DNA of 64,000 nt from Octopus vulgaris (taxonomy: Eukaryota): positions 44,206,001-44,270,000 of the forward strand of contig OX597830.1 in assembly GCA_951406725.2 (NCBI GenBank), given 5' to 3'. Positions 63,652-64,000 of the stretch are shown here, one piece after another. The stretch's first letter is position 1. Each line of letters begins with the position of its first letter. Below the pieces are notes generated by a model. That model worked only from the letters and a program-made list of their open reading frames with translations. It was not told the origin of the DNA and made no database searches. The position numbers and the translations under genes are program-made.

Positions 63652-63925
63652 ATGCTGAGAGTTGCTGAAGCATGGAACAAACTGCCGGCATCAGTTGTTA
63701 GTTGACGGAGCACTGCATCCTTCAAAACTTCCATGCTTCCTGAGATTCGCCAACACTACACTTGATTTTCTCCCCTCCATACACACACAAGCATGTATCT
63801 GACTCATACATTGTTCGCTTTCCAGACATTTCTACATTTCTGCATGTACTTTATATGCACTTTCTGACAGGTTGTGGCGCACCTGAGCACTTATTCAATA
63901 ATTTCATTATTATTATTATTATTAT
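63652..63925 (+). mobile_element. CR1-type LINE 3' end with (ATT)n tail
   Basis: LRVAEAWNKLPASVVS*RSTASFKTSMLPEIRQHYT*, then the 3' UTR shared with the 13395 copy. Confidence 0.85.
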
Positions 63926-64000
63926 GCAAATTACACATTCACACATAATTATTATATTTCTACGTTTATAGATATTCACACACAATGTATTTTAGTGTTT

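Overview
AT-rich, repeat-dense animal genomic DNA. The repeat landscape (tRNA-headed SINEs with (CAT)n/(TG)n tracts, RTE/CR1 tails, mariners) looks like an Octopus-type coleoid cephalopod; this is inference. Two convergent intron-rich genes were reconstructed by hand from GT-AG sites with phase-consistent joins. (1) On the + strand, the 3' eleven coding exons of ecdysoneless (ECD/SGT1 family), 13070..30744, 532 aa; its 5' exons were not found in the window. (2) On the - strand, the 3' seven coding exons of a TRPM-family cation channel, 46672..34002, 374 aa covering S3-S6, pore, TRP box and coiled coil. It appears to stop without a NUDT9-H or kinase domain, and its N-terminus and S1-S2 were not found in the window. 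Nearly all ORFs in the supplied track are microsatellite or SINE artefacts. The most interesting non-coding signal is a set of minimal type-I hammerhead-ribozyme motifs from three repeat families. One forms a tRNA-headed (Pol III) element whose hammerhead-bearing tail is duplicated in inverted orientation around the head (43809-44148; same inverted architecture at 55570-55796), and a Penelope-like coding relic lies nearby. Also notable: a CpG-rich solo-LTR or promoter-like island with mirror-symmetric NRF1/ETS sites in a TRPM intron, a duplicated pre-miRNA-like hairpin in an ECD intron, a candidate 18-nt microexon and two foldback elements. No database searches or folding programs were run.
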